This document shows, piece after piece, positions 1-10,212 of a stretch of DNA of 64,000 nt. This DNA comes from Candidatus Poribacteria bacterium (lineage in GTDB: Bacteria; Poribacteria; WGA-4E; PCPOR2b), in NCBI GenBank assembly GCA_965215015.1, contig OZ244042.1, positions 5,184,001 through 5,248,000 on the forward strand. Reading direction: 5' to 3'. Position 1 is the first letter of the stretch; each line of letters opens with the position of its first letter. A program made the position numbers and the translations under genes. A model generated the notes under the pieces. That model was not told where the DNA came from. It saw only the letters and a program-made list of their open reading frames with translations, and did not search any database.

Positions 1-89
1 ATACCAAGTATCACAACTAGATGAAAGGGGCATAATTCGAGATACACTATAGCGGAACCCAAGTGAGGGTGCCTGGGTCATAGGTTAAG

Positions 90-1031
90 TTATTTCCTTT
101 CCTGTTTGAATGCTTCATATAGATCTGCCACCCCCGCCTCTGTCGCATCCCCGTCGTGAGCCAAGATTCGTATTCCGAGATCCAGTTCATCGCCCCGATT
201 CAAAATCCCCTTCTCTCTCATAAATGGGTTCAACAGCATCGTCCCATAGTCGAAACAGAACCATTCGATGCCGGCAGCAGAAGTGTTCGGAATCACAGTT
301 ATGCCTGCTTTTCGACCACCTACCGCGGGACCCGACATATCAACCCAGTCCGCAATTTGGTTGCAGACCGCCTGCTGCCCCACTCTGCCTTCCGAATCTA
401 TTAGCTTGCCGCCGTTGGTGGGACGCAGCTCATCCGCCAACCGAATCGTAAAGTAGGCGTGGCGTGTCGTTCCGATAGTAACATCCCAATCGGTTGGCCT
501 TAGTTGGGACCGGATGTCGAGGACGTTGGCAACCTCCCCCGGATAGAAGTCAATGGTCCGCGTCTCTTCAGCTAATACCCGACGACCGATATCCGCCGGC
601 GCGCCCCACTCCTCAGGACCCTGCCACTGAATGCTCTGCACTACCCGGAGATGGTTCTCGGAAATCTCCTCGCTCTCAACCCCAATAACCCAAATTCTAC
701 CCGGGGCGCGCCCTTGGAAGATGTTGTTAACGTAGAAATTATATGTCGCCTCCTCCGTTAGTTTGGAAATCGCCGGAGACAGGGGCGGCAGTTGGACAAA
801 AAAGACATCGGCACTGACTGTGATTGAATTGTGGTGTGGGTGATCCACCGGGCTCTCAGCAGTCAGCGATACCCCCCTAGGAGAGTATACCGGGAACAGA
901 TAGCACCGGTGAATACCCTGAGTCAAATCGGTTATTGCTCGTCCCTTCCACCGTATCTTGACGCTTGTAAACCGAGGTGCAATTGACCTAGGCTCAGGAC
1001 GTTGATGTATATCGACGTGGAAATGCTCCAT
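90..1031 (-). CDS. PmoA-like (DUF6807-type) family protein
   Basis: 313-aa ORF with YLFPVYSPRG...DHPHHNSI motif and FTIRLADEL...DSEGRVG...ADWVD, typical of this family. Confidence 0.65.
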   Translation of the reverse strand: MEHFHVDIHQRPEPRSIAPRFTSVKIRWKGRAITDLTQGIHRCYLFPVYSPRGVSLTAESPVDHPHHNSITVSADVFFVQLPPLSPAISKLTEEATYNFYVNNIFQGRAPGRIWVIGVESEEISENHLRVVQSIQWQGPEEWGAPADIGRRVLAEETRTIDFYPGEVANVLDIRSQLRPTDWDVTIGTTRHAYFTIRLADELRPTNGGKLIDSEGRVGQQAVCNQIADWVDMSGPAVGGRKAGITVIPNTSAAGIEWFCFDYGTMLLNPFMREKGILNRGDELDLGIRILAHDGDATEAGVADLYEAFKQERK

Positions 1032-1033
1032 TT

Positions 1034-2167
1034 TTAGCCTCTCTGTTCTCGATTGACTTTCCGGGCTCCACTGCTCATTATCTGCTCGGGTGGAATTTCT
1101 ACCGTCCGCCCGGTCTTGGACGATTCAACCGCGGCGTCGGTGATCCGAATGGAGTTCAAGTTATCCCGCCCGGAGGTTTGGGGTTCGACACCTGCCGCAA
1201 GTGCACGTTGCATCTCTCCCATCGTACCGCCCCACGCATCGGGAAACCAGCTGCCGTGGATGTGAAATACCTGCCGCCGGTCGGGCTCCTCTTTGAACGA
1301 GATAGTTAGCTCCGTCCGTCCATCTCGGAGGGGACCGTATCGCGCGATTGAAGCGGAGGCCTCTGTACCATCAATGTGCCACAGATATGGACTATGGTGG
1401 AGGGCCGGCGCTATGTTGTTGAAATGCAACGTTGACATCAGATCAGCCGGCTCATATTCGCAAAGGATTGTGTAGATCATCGAATCTATCGCATGCTGAC
1501 CGGGGACGCGGGTGGTTGTGGTTTTCACCCGTCGGGGTGTCCGCCCCGTGAAGTAACGGGAGAGATCGACATAATGGATACCGTTGTCTATGATAGTGAA
1601 ATCAGGTGTCGTCCGCCATGCGGAATCAATGCTATCTTGGAACTGGCGGTGGACGTGTAGGACGCTGTATAGGTGACCGAGGCAGCCGCGGTCAATCAGC
1701 AACTTCATCGCGGTGTGATAGGGTGCCCAGCGCGCTTGCTGATTGATCATCAGGGTGATGCCAGCCTCCTGACATATCTCCACAATACGTTCTGCTTCCG
1801 CCAACGTCGGTGCCAGCGGCTTTTGAGAGAGAATATGTTTGCCGGCGCGTGCTAACTGATCGACCGCCGCCAGGCGATCCTCTGGACGCACGGCGAGATC
1901 AATTATCTCGACATCACGCCGATCGATTACCGCTTCAATATTAGTTGTCCAGAAAGGGATATTGTATTCTTCGGCGACCTCGTGGGCTTTCTTCTCAATA
2001 ACATCGCAAGCCGCAACGACGCGATAGCCGAACTTACGATAGGCGGGGAGGTGGGTGTTCCGGGCGATGTTCCCGCAGCCAACGATGGCGATCCCGTAGC
2101 GTTGCACAACCTCCTGGGGCGGGGCTGCTGGAAGATAATCGTCTGGGTGCAGTTCAATCTGTTGCAT
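1034..2167 (-). CDS. Gfo/Idh/MocA family oxidoreductase
   Basis: GCGNIA Rossmann motif, QKP motif, DNGIHYVD; start moved to ATG 2167 after a GGAG RBS. Confidence 0.88.
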   Translation of the reverse strand: MQQIELHPDDYLPAAPPQEVVQRYGIAIVGCGNIARNTHLPAYRKFGYRVVAACDVIEKKAHEVAEEYNIPFWTTNIEAVIDRRDVEIIDLAVRPEDRLAAVDQLARAGKHILSQKPLAPTLAEAERIVEICQEAGITLMINQQARWAPYHTAMKLLIDRGCLGHLYSVLHVHRQFQDSIDSAWRTTPDFTIIDNGIHYVDLSRYFTGRTPRRVKTTTTRVPGQHAIDSMIYTILCEYEPADLMSTLHFNNIAPALHHSPYLWHIDGTEASASIARYGPLRDGRTELTISFKEEPDRRQVFHIHGSWFPDAWGGTMGEMQRALAAGVEPQTSGRDNLNSIRITDAAVESSKTGRTVEIPPEQIMSSGARKVNREQRG

Positions 2168-2263
2168 AACTAAATTCTCCATGCCGTTAAAATTTGCCCT
2201 TTTGGGACGCGGTATGGTAAAATCCCAATAGGTTGGGATTAAGGTTATGACAGAGGCACACAT

Positions 2264-3631
2264 TCACGTCCTACAATTTTCCAAAAATGTACGTGCTGCT
2301 TTTAATGCCTCCTCTGGGGTGCGGATTTCTCCTTCAAACTGGAGGTCTTCAATATGCCTCAAAATACGTCCAATTCTGATACCGGGCATCATCCCAAACG
2401 TCTGTAAGATGTCATCGCCGGTGATTAATCTGCCGCGCCGCATTATCGGACCGATTTCATGATAATAAAGATCCGCAATCTGCTTCATCAGTGCATCAAT
2501 TGGCAGGATGTTCCCTCGCGAGGCCCGCAGATTCGCATAGGATAGCAAAAGGACGCCTAACCAGTCATTTCCGGCGTTTCTTAGAAAGCCAGTCATAGCT
2601 TGACGCTCTATTTGACAGTCGGTATCTATCAAGTCCATCAGGTATAGGTTATTTTGTACAAGGCAGCGCATCAACTGTGTGGCTTTCCTGCCGAGCCGCA
2701 AACGATTCGTTATTCGGACAGTCATTTCTATACCACCTTCGTGCAGCAATAGAGCTAGCTTGAGAATTGGTTGTCGGCACAAATCGTAAATCAATTCTTC
2801 ACGCAGGTAGGCCTTAATGTGTGACCGGTATGATTCTAGCGTATCCGGTATCGGTTTTCTCTCAAATAGTTCGAGGGCAAGCAGGGAATGGTCAAGGGCG
2901 TTCTGATATAATCCACGTATCTCCTCAATTTCGGGGATAATTTGCGAGAGCAGGCGAGTTTCGTCCATACGGTGCAGATAGACGGTTGCGTTTTTAACAT
3001 TTAATATTTTAATTAATTCGTCGCGGATGCGTTCAGACGAAACCTGGGGCAACCGATTTCTATGTCGACGAATGAGATTGATGGTCCCTTCAGGAATTTC
3101 AAATCTTAATTGTGCCGCAAAACGGTATACTCTCAGCAGTCGTAGCGGATCATCAATCACCACCCCTTCGCTTGGAAAGCGCAGTGTTCGCGCTTTAAGG
3201 TCCGAGAAACCGTCACACGGATTAATCAGATTCACCTCCGACTTCGTCAAGAATGATGAAAGATCTAGTGCCATCGCATTGATTGTTAAATCACGCAGAT
3301 ATAAATCGCCCTCCAAGGTCTCAGCGCGAAATCCGGCGAAATCTAAGATGAGCTGCGTCTCTCTAATGACGATCCGGGCTATCGGTGGCTGTTCTTCTAA
3401 TCTTACAAACGCCTCGCCGATTTTATCCGCAAAGGCTTTGGCAAAAGTGATCGCATCGTAGGCTAGCGCGAGATCCAAATCTGTAACAGGTCGATTGAGA
3501 AGCAGGTCCCGGACGGAACCACCAACAAGGTAGAGTTGAATCCCTCGCTTTTCCGCGAACACATGGAGCTGACGGATTAGCTGTGGCTGCGGCAGATGTT
3601 GGCGTAGGGGTGCGCCTGGAATAGAGTGCAT
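2264..3631 (-). CDS. CCA tRNA nucleotidyltransferase / poly(A) polymerase family protein
   Basis: GGSVRD...DLD, RDLTINAMA and DDPLRLLRVYRFAA motifs; start uncertain. Confidence 0.85.
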   Translation of the reverse strand: MHSIPGAPLRQHLPQPQLIRQLHVFAEKRGIQLYLVGGSVRDLLLNRPVTDLDLALAYDAITFAKAFADKIGEAFVRLEEQPPIARIVIRETQLILDFAGFRAETLEGDLYLRDLTINAMALDLSSFLTKSEVNLINPCDGFSDLKARTLRFPSEGVVIDDPLRLLRVYRFAAQLRFEIPEGTINLIRRHRNRLPQVSSERIRDELIKILNVKNATVYLHRMDETRLLSQIIPEIEEIRGLYQNALDHSLLALELFERKPIPDTLESYRSHIKAYLREELIYDLCRQPILKLALLLHEGGIEMTVRITNRLRLGRKATQLMRCLVQNNLYLMDLIDTDCQIERQAMTGFLRNAGNDWLGVLLLSYANLRASRGNILPIDALMKQIADLYYHEIGPIMRRGRLITGDDILQTFGMMPGIRIGRILRHIEDLQFEGEIRTPEEALKAARTFLENCRT

Positions 3632-3736
3632 TTTCACATTCGGAACTGAGCGAGAGTGTCTAGAGTGCAAGCTGCTTCATAATTTGCCCTAGAGCGTTTT
3701 CCTGCTCCCTCCCGTTTAGCAATAGTCTCCTTTTGG

Positions 3737-3888
3737 GTAAACCCCAAAGGTTTACCTTTGGGGGGGACACACTTGCTTTAGCAGATTTTTACCGTCTGTT
3801 AGCGTACCGCTAACAGACAGGATAGAGCAATTCCACTCCTAAAGGAACAAGTAAGAATCCCAAGCCTTTAGGGGTAGGAGTACGTCAA
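3737..3888 (+). mobile_element. Minimal non-autonomous IS200/IS605 derivative (PATE-like): left-end hairpin plus omegaRNA-like right end, no ORF
   Basis: Hairpin CCCCAAAGG-TTTA-CCTTTGGGG at ~3742-3763. The 3' part is near-identical to 42690-42759, which follows a tnpB remnant, and ends GAGTACGTCAA. Confidence 0.65.
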
Positions 3889-3897
3889 AAAGGCAAA

Positions 3898-5226
3898 ATG
3901 TTGAGAATACGAAAGCGATTAAGGGCACCGTTGGTCATCTCTCTTTGCCTCCATCTCATCTTTGCTGTCCTTGTCGTGCTAAAGATTCGACAGGGAATTG
4001 TAGAAGATGACGCTCTCAGCGTTGAGTGGGTTCAGCTGCCTCCATCAGCTCGTAAGCTGCCGAGAAAGGTCCGTCTCCAACCTGTACAGTCCCTTCGTGA
4101 GACACAAGATAGACAGGCACAGGGACTACCCTTACAAACTGTGACGCCGGTGGGGACACCTCTCGCAGTTGACTTGCCACAAAAGAGAGAACCCCTCTCG
4201 TTAAGCGAGGATCCAGCCATCAACCTTGACAAGGATTTATCTGTAGAAACGGATCTTGTGCCCCCCCATTCCGCAACGATGCACCGAGACACCCCAGCTG
4301 TGGGAGAAGGTTTTGTGCCCGCCCAAAGAGGGTTACCACGAGGAGTACCCCTACGGCGCGGGAAAAATGAAGGGGCACCTATCGGGGCAAGTCTTGTGGC
4401 TGAACGAAACGAGGAGATACAAGACCTCGCTCTCGATGTGAAGAATCCAATCCTAGTTCCTGAAGATCGCCTAGGGGCTGTTCTTGAGGGCGAAGGCACA
4501 GAAATTCGCGGGCATATTCGCCTGATTCGCCTCAAACACTCCCTTTCCGATTGGTGGCAGGACCCAACTGCTATATCCAGCTTTGCGAGATGGCTTGGAG
4601 AAAATACCAGTCTCCGCGCTGACATGAAATACGCAGGAGGTTCACTCCGACTGACCGATTCGCGTATCCTTGATGCTCCGCTGGTTATCATGACGGGGCA
4701 CGACAAGGACATCACTGTTGGACGGAATCTCGCTAAAGGGGGACCGTTGACCAATTCCTTTTCTGCGTCAGAACGGGCAGCGTTGCGGAAGTATATTGTC
4801 GAGCGGGGGGGGATGCTCTTTTTCGACGATTGCGGATTTCACGGCTTGTTCGCCGCGATCGCTGCTGATGAGCTATCTACAATCTTCCCCGAATATCCGC
4901 TAGAGAATCTGCCACACCACCATGAAATCTACAACATTTATTATCAGCTACCCCGTCCCCCAACCGGCGGCGATGTTTTCTGGGGGTCCGAAAACCATCC
5001 AAAACCCACGCAGTTCAAGTATCAAAGAGGAATCACTATAAACAATCGATTGGCTGTCATCTTTAATCGCAAGGATTATATGTGTGCGATGGAGACGGTG
5101 GAGATTGAAAGCCGAACTATGTTACGGCTGCGTCGCTCGACAGATGTCCATCGCTTCATGACGAACCTGCTCGTTTATACCATGAAGTATGGAGGGAATA
5201 CGGATCGTTCAGGGTATAAACCCTAG
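3898..5226 (+). CDS. DUF4159 domain protein with N-terminal TM anchor and Pro-rich linker
   Basis: SLCLHLIF TM segment; C-terminal DWWQDP...MTGH...LRKYIVERGGMLFFDDCG...HEIY typical of DUF4159. Confidence 0.7.
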   Translation: MLRIRKRLRAPLVISLCLHLIFAVLVVLKIRQGIVEDDALSVEWVQLPPSARKLPRKVRLQPVQSLRETQDRQAQGLPLQTVTPVGTPLAVDLPQKREPLSLSEDPAINLDKDLSVETDLVPPHSATMHRDTPAVGEGFVPAQRGLPRGVPLRRGKNEGAPIGASLVAERNEEIQDLALDVKNPILVPEDRLGAVLEGEGTEIRGHIRLIRLKHSLSDWWQDPTAISSFARWLGENTSLRADMKYAGGSLRLTDSRILDAPLVIMTGHDKDITVGRNLAKGGPLTNSFSASERAALRKYIVERGGMLFFDDCGFHGLFAAIAADELSTIFPEYPLENLPHHHEIYNIYYQLPRPPTGGDVFWGSENHPKPTQFKYQRGITINNRLAVIFNRKDYMCAMETVEIESRTMLRLRRSTDVHRFMTNLLVYTMKYGGNTDRSGYKP

Positions 5227-5229
5227 GCC

Positions 5230-6309
5230 TTACCGCCAGAAGACATTGACCTTCAATTCGTCTGCGAGTGTTGCTAGTGATTTCAGGTGCGCTGGATGCA
5301 ACGGGATGCCGTTACGCAACGCATCCTGCTGATGTAGCCACTCGATCTCACCGGGGAGATAGATGCGCTCAATACCTTCAGCACGTGGCGCGTTGCGGAC
5401 AGTACGGATTTCCGCATCCACCGCTTCCGTAAATTCGTCCAACGGACAGAAGTTACTAACCTTAATCGCAAAAAAGAAATGTCCCCGTCTCGCTAGGTCG
5501 GGCGGTGTCTCCGGCGTCCTATTGCAGGCTGCCGGGCCTCCGGTCATCACACCGCTGAGGATACTCATCACGATTGCTAAACCGTGCCCTTTATACCCAC
5601 CAAAGGGCAGCATCCCGCTCGCTTGACTCGGATCTTGTGTCGGCTTGCCATCCGCGTTCAACACATAGCCGGGAGGCAGCTGTTTCCCCTCCATCGCATA
5701 TGTTCCGACATGGCCCCACGCAATCTGCCCACATGCCATGTCCAGCACAATCGGCAGCTCCGTTTTGGTTGGTATTGCGTAGCCGACGGGATGATTGCCG
5801 AGCAGCCCTGACATCCCGCCGTGCGGCACGACACTTGCTCCACCCGTTTTGGTCGTGCTGAACCCGATCATTCCCTGTGGCAGTGCCCTCATTGCGAAAC
5901 ACGCTGCTGCACCGTAATGGTTGCTATTGCGGACCGCAACCGATGCAAAACCTGTGGTGTCAGCCTTTTCGATCGCCATATCCATCGCATATATACCAGC
6001 GACATGCCCAAGGCTATTATCCGCATCAACGAGCGCGGTGCTCGGCGCATCTGTCAAGATCTGCGGGTTTGGCTTTGGATTAATCTCGCCGGTGAGGAGG
6101 CCGCGCACATAGCCCGGAAGAGCCCGAGTCCCGTGTGAAAAAACACCCCGCTCATCGGTTTCAACCTGCATCCGGGCGACGGCATCGGCATCCGCTTGGG
6201 GAACACCAGCCTTTTGGTAGAGAGCACTTGTAAAATGCTGAAAGGGTTCAGATTCAATTCTGATTTTGTTGTCCTGTTGATTCTCTGCTTCGTGCAATTT
6301 GCCTCCCAT
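5230..6309 (-). CDS. Ldh_2 family (malate/L-lactate/ureidoglycolate dehydrogenase-like) oxidoreductase
   Basis: SHGTRALPGY, RNSNHYG, LGNHP, LDMAC, GYKGHGL and YLPGE motifs. Confidence 0.9.
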   Translation of the reverse strand: MGGKLHEAENQQDNKIRIESEPFQHFTSALYQKAGVPQADADAVARMQVETDERGVFSHGTRALPGYVRGLLTGEINPKPNPQILTDAPSTALVDADNSLGHVAGIYAMDMAIEKADTTGFASVAVRNSNHYGAAACFAMRALPQGMIGFSTTKTGGASVVPHGGMSGLLGNHPVGYAIPTKTELPIVLDMACGQIAWGHVGTYAMEGKQLPPGYVLNADGKPTQDPSQASGMLPFGGYKGHGLAIVMSILSGVMTGGPAACNRTPETPPDLARRGHFFFAIKVSNFCPLDEFTEAVDAEIRTVRNAPRAEGIERIYLPGEIEWLHQQDALRNGIPLHPAHLKSLATLADELKVNVFWR

Positions 6310-6467
6310 CTAAACCGCACTGCGGCTTGCACCGTGTACGGTTTGCCTAGTTGTTGATGCTAATTAAGATCTGTTCGTAGTAGCGCAATTCATTGCGCGT
6401 GCCGCATTGCCGAAAAATCTTCCGTTTTCAACTGGTTAAAATAAACCCTACTTCCTACCAGTATCTT

Positions 6468-6891
6468 TTAACAAGCGACCATCTCTGCAAGACATTGTGC
6501 CCAACCTTTGGTGAAATCTTCTTTCTTCGCTTCAGGTACCGCTAAAAAGGGGTTATTTATTAGATTATCAATAAAAAACCCTTCAATCACGGCGGATACC
6601 GAGTAATCAGGTTCGCCATACAATTCTCGATCATAGACTAAAGACCGGTGCGACCAGAGTTTTAATTTCCGATGATGTTTCCACGCTTGATGCAAGAAGG
6701 GAAAAATAAAGTTCTCACGAAAGAAGGTATCACTTTCGTCCATGGATCCCATTTCCAGCGAAAAATTTCAGATCTTCAATAAACAGGTCTGGAAGTTCAA
6801 GTGCCACATCAGGTATAAATTTCCCACTCCTGATGTCGAGGGGATACTAGCTGATCACTTGTTCTATGTTTTGAAAATCGCTGAATGTCAT
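6468..6891 (-). pseudogene. Degraded PD-(D/E)XK / type I restriction-like hypothetical protein
   Basis: MTFSDFQNIEQVIS*YPL... with an in-frame stop and a frameshift near 6765, then GEPDY...EAKKEDFTKGWAQCLAEM; C-terminus truncated. Confidence 0.55.
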
Positions 6892-6947
6892 CTTTTTCTT
6901 TTTTTATTGCTGCTTGTCAGTTACGACGGTTTAAAACCTTCAAAGAT

Positions 6948-7766
6948 TTACCGAGCAAATCTCCGAACTACACGAAAGCCGAATGTATAACACGCAATGT
7001 AGTGACGAAAACGGGCGGCGGTTCGGACACTGCACGCGCTTCGCCGTCCCCGATACCATGAGCCGCCGCGTACCACGTAATATTCGCCGCTATCAGGACC
7101 CCGTGGATTGCAAAACGGGGCATGGTGGTAGTAGTCCGTCTCAAACCAATCATGGCACCACTCCCAGACATTAGCCGCACAATCCATGACACCGTAAGGC
7201 GAACCACCCTGGGGATAGCTCCCAACGGGGGTTGTACCCTTTCCAGCAATATTGCATTTGGCTTCATCAAATTCATTTCCCCAGGGCCAAAGCCGTCCGT
7301 CGCAGCCTCGGGCCGCTTTCTCCCACTGCGCTTCGGTTGGCAAACCGATATCGACACCTGTTTCTTGACTAAACCACTCACAGTAAGCGAGGGCATCCTT
7401 ACGCGTTACGCATACAGCAGGGTGCTCAAGCCGCTCCTCAAGTGGGGCTTCTCGCAGCTTATACCAGATTGATTTGCCGAGACCATCTAATTCTCGTGCC
7501 GTCTGATAGCCGGTCTCATCGACAAACGCCTTGAATTGCCGGTTGGTCACCGTGTATTTCGCAATTCTGTATTCGGAAAGGTAGACCTTTCGTTGTGGCC
7601 GCTCACGCGCAAGCCATTCATCAGGAAATTCAGGATCGATCTCCTTGACGCGGCAGCTCCGTTCATCATCGGATCCCATGATGAACCCACCGGCGGGGAC
7701 GATGAGCCATTCCATTTCGTCCGGTTTTGTGATTATGCGTTCGGGCATCGTTATTCTTTCACGCAT
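6948..7766 (-). CDS. Formylglycine-generating enzyme (FGE-sulfatase/SUMF1) domain protein
   Basis: FIMGS, VTNRQF, LPTEAQWEKAARG, NVWEWC, RGGSW...GFR motifs. Confidence 0.9.
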   Translation of the reverse strand: MRERITMPERIITKPDEMEWLIVPAGGFIMGSDDERSCRVKEIDPEFPDEWLARERPQRKVYLSEYRIAKYTVTNRQFKAFVDETGYQTARELDGLGKSIWYKLREAPLEERLEHPAVCVTRKDALAYCEWFSQETGVDIGLPTEAQWEKAARGCDGRLWPWGNEFDEAKCNIAGKGTTPVGSYPQGGSPYGVMDCAANVWEWCHDWFETDYYHHAPFCNPRGPDSGEYYVVRGGSWYRGRRSACSVRTAARFRHYIACYTFGFRVVRRFAR

Positions 7767-7866
7767 TTAATAGTTTTAGACTTAACAATCTATTTTGTTT
7801 TTGATATTATATGAGTGAACTTGCCAATCGTTGTGAATAATTGATGGCGATTCTAAGTCGCCTTAC

Positions 7867-8071
7867 CTATAGGAGCCAATGGGGACACTCCGGGGAATCT
7901 CCCCATCGCACTTGTTCGAGATGCTTAATACAATTTTCATGAGTCGAAAATCGCTCGACAATCTCAAGTAAATTCATACTTGACTCCTTTATTCATGCGG
8001 GTTTAGACGATATGATTATCTCAAAAATACGCCAAAAAGTCAAGCCTTTATCTATTAAGTGCATAAACTAA
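7867..8071 (-). mobile_element. IS1595-family remnant (left end, promoter and transposase N-terminus)
   Basis: ATG 7977 gives MNLLEIVERFSTHENCIKHLEQVRWGDSPECPH..*, resembling the IS1595 zinc-ribbon N-terminus. Preceded by an AAGGAG RBS, TTGACT-17nt-GATAAT promoter and an end-like TTTATGCACTTAA. Confidence 0.6.
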
Positions 8072-8876
8072 TGAGTCTCAGTGGTTTTTGGTTATTATGT
8101 ATGGACTTATATTCTTTTTTTAGACGTTCATTTCCTCGAACCGCTGGCTCTCGCCAAACGTTTGTGATCCCGTTTTCACAATAAAATTTACTTCTTAATT
8201 TCGTCCATCCTCTGCCCGTAATGGGTTGTTGACCATCTAGTGAAAAGTATGGTTTACCGTCTTTACTTCCATATCTGTTAGCATATTCAACAATCTTTTC
8301 AAATGCTTCAGGTGGTGGATAATACCAAAGATGATCTTTCGTAAAATATTTCCTTGTTGCTGCATTTCTTACGCCGCAAGCCTTATTCGTTTTATAGAGA
8401 GGCAGTCCAGTTCGCTCCCATTCATAGCGAAGCCACTGCTGCATATCCATCTGGATACCACCTGCCTTGAAAAAGGCCTTCTTGGTATACTGAACGCACA
8501 CTTCAGTCACTATAGGAAATTTTCTGAGCGTTTTACTGTTTGAATTACCGGCGATGTGTGCTATTCCCTTATCCCATATATGACAATTTCTATATTCCCA
8601 ACCGTATTCAACTAAAATCGGGTGGACGTTTGCCCAACCAATTTCAGTATTCCAGAACCAGAGCGTAGTCATAGGTGTTGAATATTCACTCCACTTCTGT
8701 ATGTGTGGTCTATACCATTCGCGCAAACATTCTGAGGTTGGTAGATCCCCACGATAACCACCCACACCATAAGGTCCGTCGGAAATGATTACAACCGGAG
8801 CTTCCCACCTTGAGTATAGATTGAGAGAATCCCCAGCATATATGATAACCCCATTTCTTTCGTAAAATTCCATCAT
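8055..8876 (-). pseudogene. Truncated site-specific DNA methyltransferase (N4/N6, beta class)
   Basis: ISDGPYG motif IV and HNNQKP, then an abrupt stop before the FxGxG motif I; low GC; truncated where the IS1595 remnant begins. Confidence 0.75.
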
Positions 8877-9123
8877 TAAATTCCTTGCTTACTTAAAATT
8901 TCAATTGAAAAGAGAAAAAGTTCAAACGAATGATATTAAAAATCGCATATCTACCAGAAATTGCTCCAATCATATCATCCAACATAAACTCCGTCAAGCG
9001 TAGAAAGCAGGGAAAGGTAAGAGGCAGTGTCTGTAAGCACAAATCCTCTTGAGCGGAGCGCGAAGATGGGTTATACTTGAATCATCAACCCAATCGAACT
9101 GATATAATGGAGGGAACCCTTTC

Positions 9124-10149
9124 ATGGCTTCAACAGATAGCAAGACCCGCATCGGTATCTACGGCTGCGGGTCTTGGGCAAATCGAACTCACATCCCGAA
9201 TCTGCTAAAACTCGATGGCGTTGAAATTGTCGCCATCTGCGATAGCAACCCACAATCGCTCAAATCGACAGCTGAATCGTTTAACATTTCTAGAACCTAC
9301 TCCGACGGACACGAGATGCTGGATAACGAAGATATGGACGCGCTTTACTCCGTCGTTCCGGCTTATGCGCGGGTTGATGTCGAAGCGACCGCCGCAACAA
9401 AAGGGATTCACATTTTCAGCGAAAAGCCCCAAGCATTGACGCTGGACGTCGCCCATAAAATTGACAATGCGATTCGGAGTGCCGGCGTGATCAGCACCGT
9501 CTGCTTTCGGGAACGATATCGCCCAATTTTTCAGGAAGCCCGTAAACGTCTGGAAGGGCAGAAAATCGTCCATGTTCGATTCCAAAGTGTTAGTGGACTC
9601 CCCGAACCCCCATCCGGATCGCAAAAGGATTCTTGGTGGTCTGATATGGACAAATCTGGCGGACAGGCGTTGGATTGGGGCGTCCACGCGACAGACTACG
9701 CCCGTTTCATGACAGGCTTGAAGGTTGATCGAGCGCAAGCGTTCTACTGCCAGCGTCCATCCTACCACAACCCTCTGACCTCTTCCTTCAACTACCGTTT
9801 CTCCAACCAAGCGACGATGACGCTGACCTTCATTTCAGCCGCGCCCAGTTTTCGGGCTGAGCCATGGTTTACAGTCTTCTACGAAGGCGGGTATCTGGCG
9901 ATCTACGGCTATGAATCCATTGAGGTCAACGGCGAAGCGGTCTATCAAGCAGAGTCGTTTGACCCATGGTTTGAGCAGGACCGCGTTTTCATTGAAGCTG
10001 TGCGGGCAAACGATCCCAGTCTCTTGCTGAACGACTACCACGATGGCCTTTTCTCTTTAGCTCCGGTGCTCGCAGGTTGGGAGTCCGCCCGTCGAAACGG
10101 GGAGTGTATTGATGTTCCGGCATTCATGGAGAAAGGGCAGGTTGATTAA
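9124..10149 (+). CDS. Gfo/Idh/MocA family oxidoreductase
   Basis: GCGSWA, SEKP and DWGVHATD motifs; GGAGG RBS. Confidence 0.9.
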   Translation: MASTDSKTRIGIYGCGSWANRTHIPNLLKLDGVEIVAICDSNPQSLKSTAESFNISRTYSDGHEMLDNEDMDALYSVVPAYARVDVEATAATKGIHIFSEKPQALTLDVAHKIDNAIRSAGVISTVCFRERYRPIFQEARKRLEGQKIVHVRFQSVSGLPEPPSGSQKDSWWSDMDKSGGQALDWGVHATDYARFMTGLKVDRAQAFYCQRPSYHNPLTSSFNYRFSNQATMTLTFISAAPSFRAEPWFTVFYEGGYLAIYGYESIEVNGEAVYQAESFDPWFEQDRVFIEAVRANDPSLLLNDYHDGLFSLAPVLAGWESARRNGECIDVPAFMEKGQVD

Positions 10150-10212
10150 GCACGTCTTGGATCGCGTTTCCCTCCACCAACACAAAATCAAATCTAAACG
10201 AGGCAGTCAAGT

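Noticed and set aside
6948-7080. FGE C-terminus (RGGSW...GFR) as a DGR variable region
   Set aside because: No second copy (template repeat) or RT seen in this window; cannot be excluded genome-wide.
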